DNA of 64,000 bases from Raillietiella orientalis (Eukaryota). A program made the translations under genes and the position numbers. Positions within the stretch are counted from its first letter, which is position 1, and each line of letters begins with the position of its first letter. Location of the stretch: positions 4,836,001 through 4,900,000 of the forward strand of contig JAYWIR010000006.1 of assembly GCA_036172245.1 (NCBI GenBank), read 5' to 3'. Shown here one piece after another: positions 61,255 through 64,000 of the stretch. The notes under the pieces are model-generated. The model saw nothing but the letters and a program-made list of their open reading frames with translations. It ran no database searches and was not told where the DNA came from.

Positions 61255-64000
61255 CCAAAGTGCTTTCACGAGCAGCGCTACTTTAGGCGTAAGCTTAGGT
61301 TTCTAAAGGGGTGATTTCTGCAGAGAAAACGAGGCAGGCTTGATGGCCTGAAGACCCGAAACGTGTAACTCAAGGCGGCAATTTTGCACTGTTTAGAAGA
61401 GAGAACATGGCTAAGCAATTCTACTGAAAGAGGGAGTGTAAAAAGAGAAAAGAAATGATAGTCTTACCCTCGCTGCACAAGAAGCAGAAGTTGAACTCGT
61501 GAGGCGCACAGCACAGAAAGCGCAATGCGTGAAGCAGGCAAAGGACTCGAAATGACATCTTAAACAGTCATAAGATCCTGTCACAGACTCCGTGTGCCAA
61601 AAATAACGCCAATGGACCAGGAGCACATGACCTGTAGAAATCAAGAAATCGGATATACGGTGCACTCCTGTGTTCGTAGACGTGTGCTACGAGAAGAATG
61701 CCCTCTTTCACGTGAAGATGTACATGATGGAGTGACAAATGCAAAAGTGCACGTGATACACAGCATTCTCCGACAGCCAGTTTTGTAATCGCTTTTCACA
61801 ATAAAGATATCTGTTGTTATATTAGTACTTGCACTTTCATTCTGGCCCCTTAAAATCTCCACATTGCCTGAAGAACGTGAAACATGTGATCGACATTTTG
61901 CTTCACCTGTTTTCGTCGTGATTCCGTTTAGCTTTCCTTAATCATACTAATTGTATCAGTACTCTTGACCCTTGTTTATTATCTTCCATTTAAGTACTGA
62001 AAGCTTTCGTTTGGTGTGTTTTTTTAATCATCATTAATCATCAAACCATCCTGTTACTATCCATTCGCCATTTTTCCCTACATATTCAAGCGTATCGCTT
62101 AGTTGGGTTTATTTATCGTTTGAAAAGTGACTTAAACTTCCGGTCATCTGCCCAAGTGCAAGCTTTTCATTTTTTTTTTTTTTTTGACCGTTAATGATCT
62201 TCCCGACTAGCACAAAGATACTTTTCTGGATTCTCACTTCCTCTCTAGCAATTGCTTCAGTTTCCTTTCGTATCTCTGACAGTCGCCTTTTCGAAGCATC
62301 TGGACATTTGGGGATGGCCATTCCGTAATGCATCTTTTTCGTCTTCCCTATCTCCTTGACTGTAAGCATTTATGACCTACCACTCCTAATTCCTTGTGAT
62401 TTCTCGAAAAGTGTATATAATGGCCGTTTGACTTCCAGCACGGGCAGGTGCAAACAAACTAGGTTAAACTCCTGGATTCCTCTTCTCTTAATGTAATAGA
62501 TAACATTGCAGTGTTTTGTGGCTTCCAATTCTTTGATTTGATATTGCAAAGCTGATTTGAAGGTGATTAATTGTACAATAAAATCAAAATGATTTTGCCA
62601 TTAATGGCAATACAGAATGCTTTTGCAAAATGGAAAACAAAAATCCGAAATTTGTGCATCACTCTCCAGTCGTTCACAAACATGACGCATTCTCCGTTCT
62701 TATGGCAAGAGGAAAAAGGAACCCTTCGACCTGATATTAACAGTACAATGCTCTCCTTTATATGCCGAGTTGCTTTGGTCTCCAAACGACAAAGGTACGG
62801 CAACGAACATTTTTCGGAGTGATTTATAAAGCAAAGTGAACTCAGGTGAGCGGAATCTTCAGAAAAGAGTGTGGCGTACGAAGCGTGCCATCAATTTACG
62901 TGGTATGAGACATTGGTGTGACCAATATCCACGGAGACGGACACTGTGCTGAAGATGCATCGCCAGGAAGACTGTGCTTATCCCATGCTTTCTTCGGATT
63001 TGACAGTTTCAAAAGAGAAAACTTGCCGTCCGCAGTGCGCGCGCCATCGCAGATGCTGCGATCACTATCCAAAATCGACCTCGTAACTCCCGTTGCGAGG
63101 TCCTTTGAAAATGCGAATCGTGTAGGTACAAGCACCTGACAGGCGAGAAAGGTCGACACTGGACGACCCCTCCGTCACAGCGGACCTCCCGATCTCATCC
63201 CGCAAATATTTTCCAGGTGAGGTAGCGTGTACCCCGTTCCGCACAATCCTGCTGCGGATGCTGAGAACCCCAGCAACATCCCCGGCGGTATTTCCGTGTA
63301 TTCACTCCGGATATCCTCGCAAAGCGCGTTCGTCGTACTGCCTTGGACTTCGGCATCCCATGAAGCGAAGCGGCTCGAAAGACGACGGTTGGAACAAGCT
63401 TTTTTGCTCGGGAGAAGGGGAAGAGCGATCCAGACAGGGATCAGAGAGGAACGAGTCATTGGGTCAGGATTATTACCGATTGGTTTCGTGACGTCATTTC
63501 GTGGGTACTCGTTGCGGTTAAATTAAATCCAGCTGCTTTGCACATGAATGTCTCGGTTGATTTACTATGCCCTTGTGCACGAATTCTCCTTTTATTTTTT
63601 TTAAGAGCACTTATTTACGCTCGTGCGCAGAATTCGTACCTGTACCCTTAGCATGGAATTCTTTTCCCCATTCGAAGGTGTCCGTTCATCGAGTAATATC
63701 CCGCAATGGAATCTAAGTGATGCTTTCTTCTCTGGATGCACAGTCATTTTTTTTTTTTTTTTTTGCTTTCTTCCTTTCACTTGCATCCTATGAGTGTTAT
63801 AATTTCGCAAATTTCTGCTTGAGGCTTTTTTTTGCTTTTTTTCAGGTTTGATTTGGACCTCATAAGAGACTTTGGCAAATATTTTCACGAGAGCACTGTA
63901 CATTTCGTATAATGCTTTTCCTAGACATTTACGTATGAATATGTGGATGCACGAGGTCTTCATCCCATTTTCTTCATTCAGGTGTCTTGTTTTTCCTTTC

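Noticed and set aside
61345..61380. Hammerhead ribozyme core (ctgaaga-ccc-gaaac)
   Set aside because: Only 3 nt between CUGANGA and GAAA, so no stem II; no convincing stems I/III and no Penelope-like element nearby.

Overview
Eukaryotic (metazoan-type, spliceosomal introns) genomic DNA with two compartments. (1) 1-~16,640: a GC-rich cluster of nested, degenerate retroelements. It holds three Ty3/Gypsy-like pol remnants (+), five copies or fragments of an L1/Tx1-like non-LTR retrotransposon family (AP-endonuclease-like, RT with YADD, zf-RVT CCHC, 3' UTR), and several copies of a ~0.6-0.7 kb tRNA-headed dispersed repeat ('repeat M'). The non-LTR family ends not in poly(A) but in a ~140-nt multi-hairpin RNA module with compensatory base changes between copies. 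Its insertions cluster at one short site of repeat M, and two insertions have long (36 and ~39 bp) flanking duplications. This is the best candidate for an undescribed system: a target-preferring retrotransposon plus its tRNA-derived host repeat. (2) ~16,640-64,000: host genes. These are a compact DCAF11/WDR23 gene (+, ~19.4-21.5 kb, mostly 39-51 nt introns) and a >34 kb adenylate kinase 9 (AK9) gene (-, 24,241 to at least 58,346) whose N-terminal exons I could not place. Exon-like segments at 59-64 kb are unidentified. The organism cannot be determined from the sequence alone. All protein family calls are by eye from remembered motifs, not database searches.
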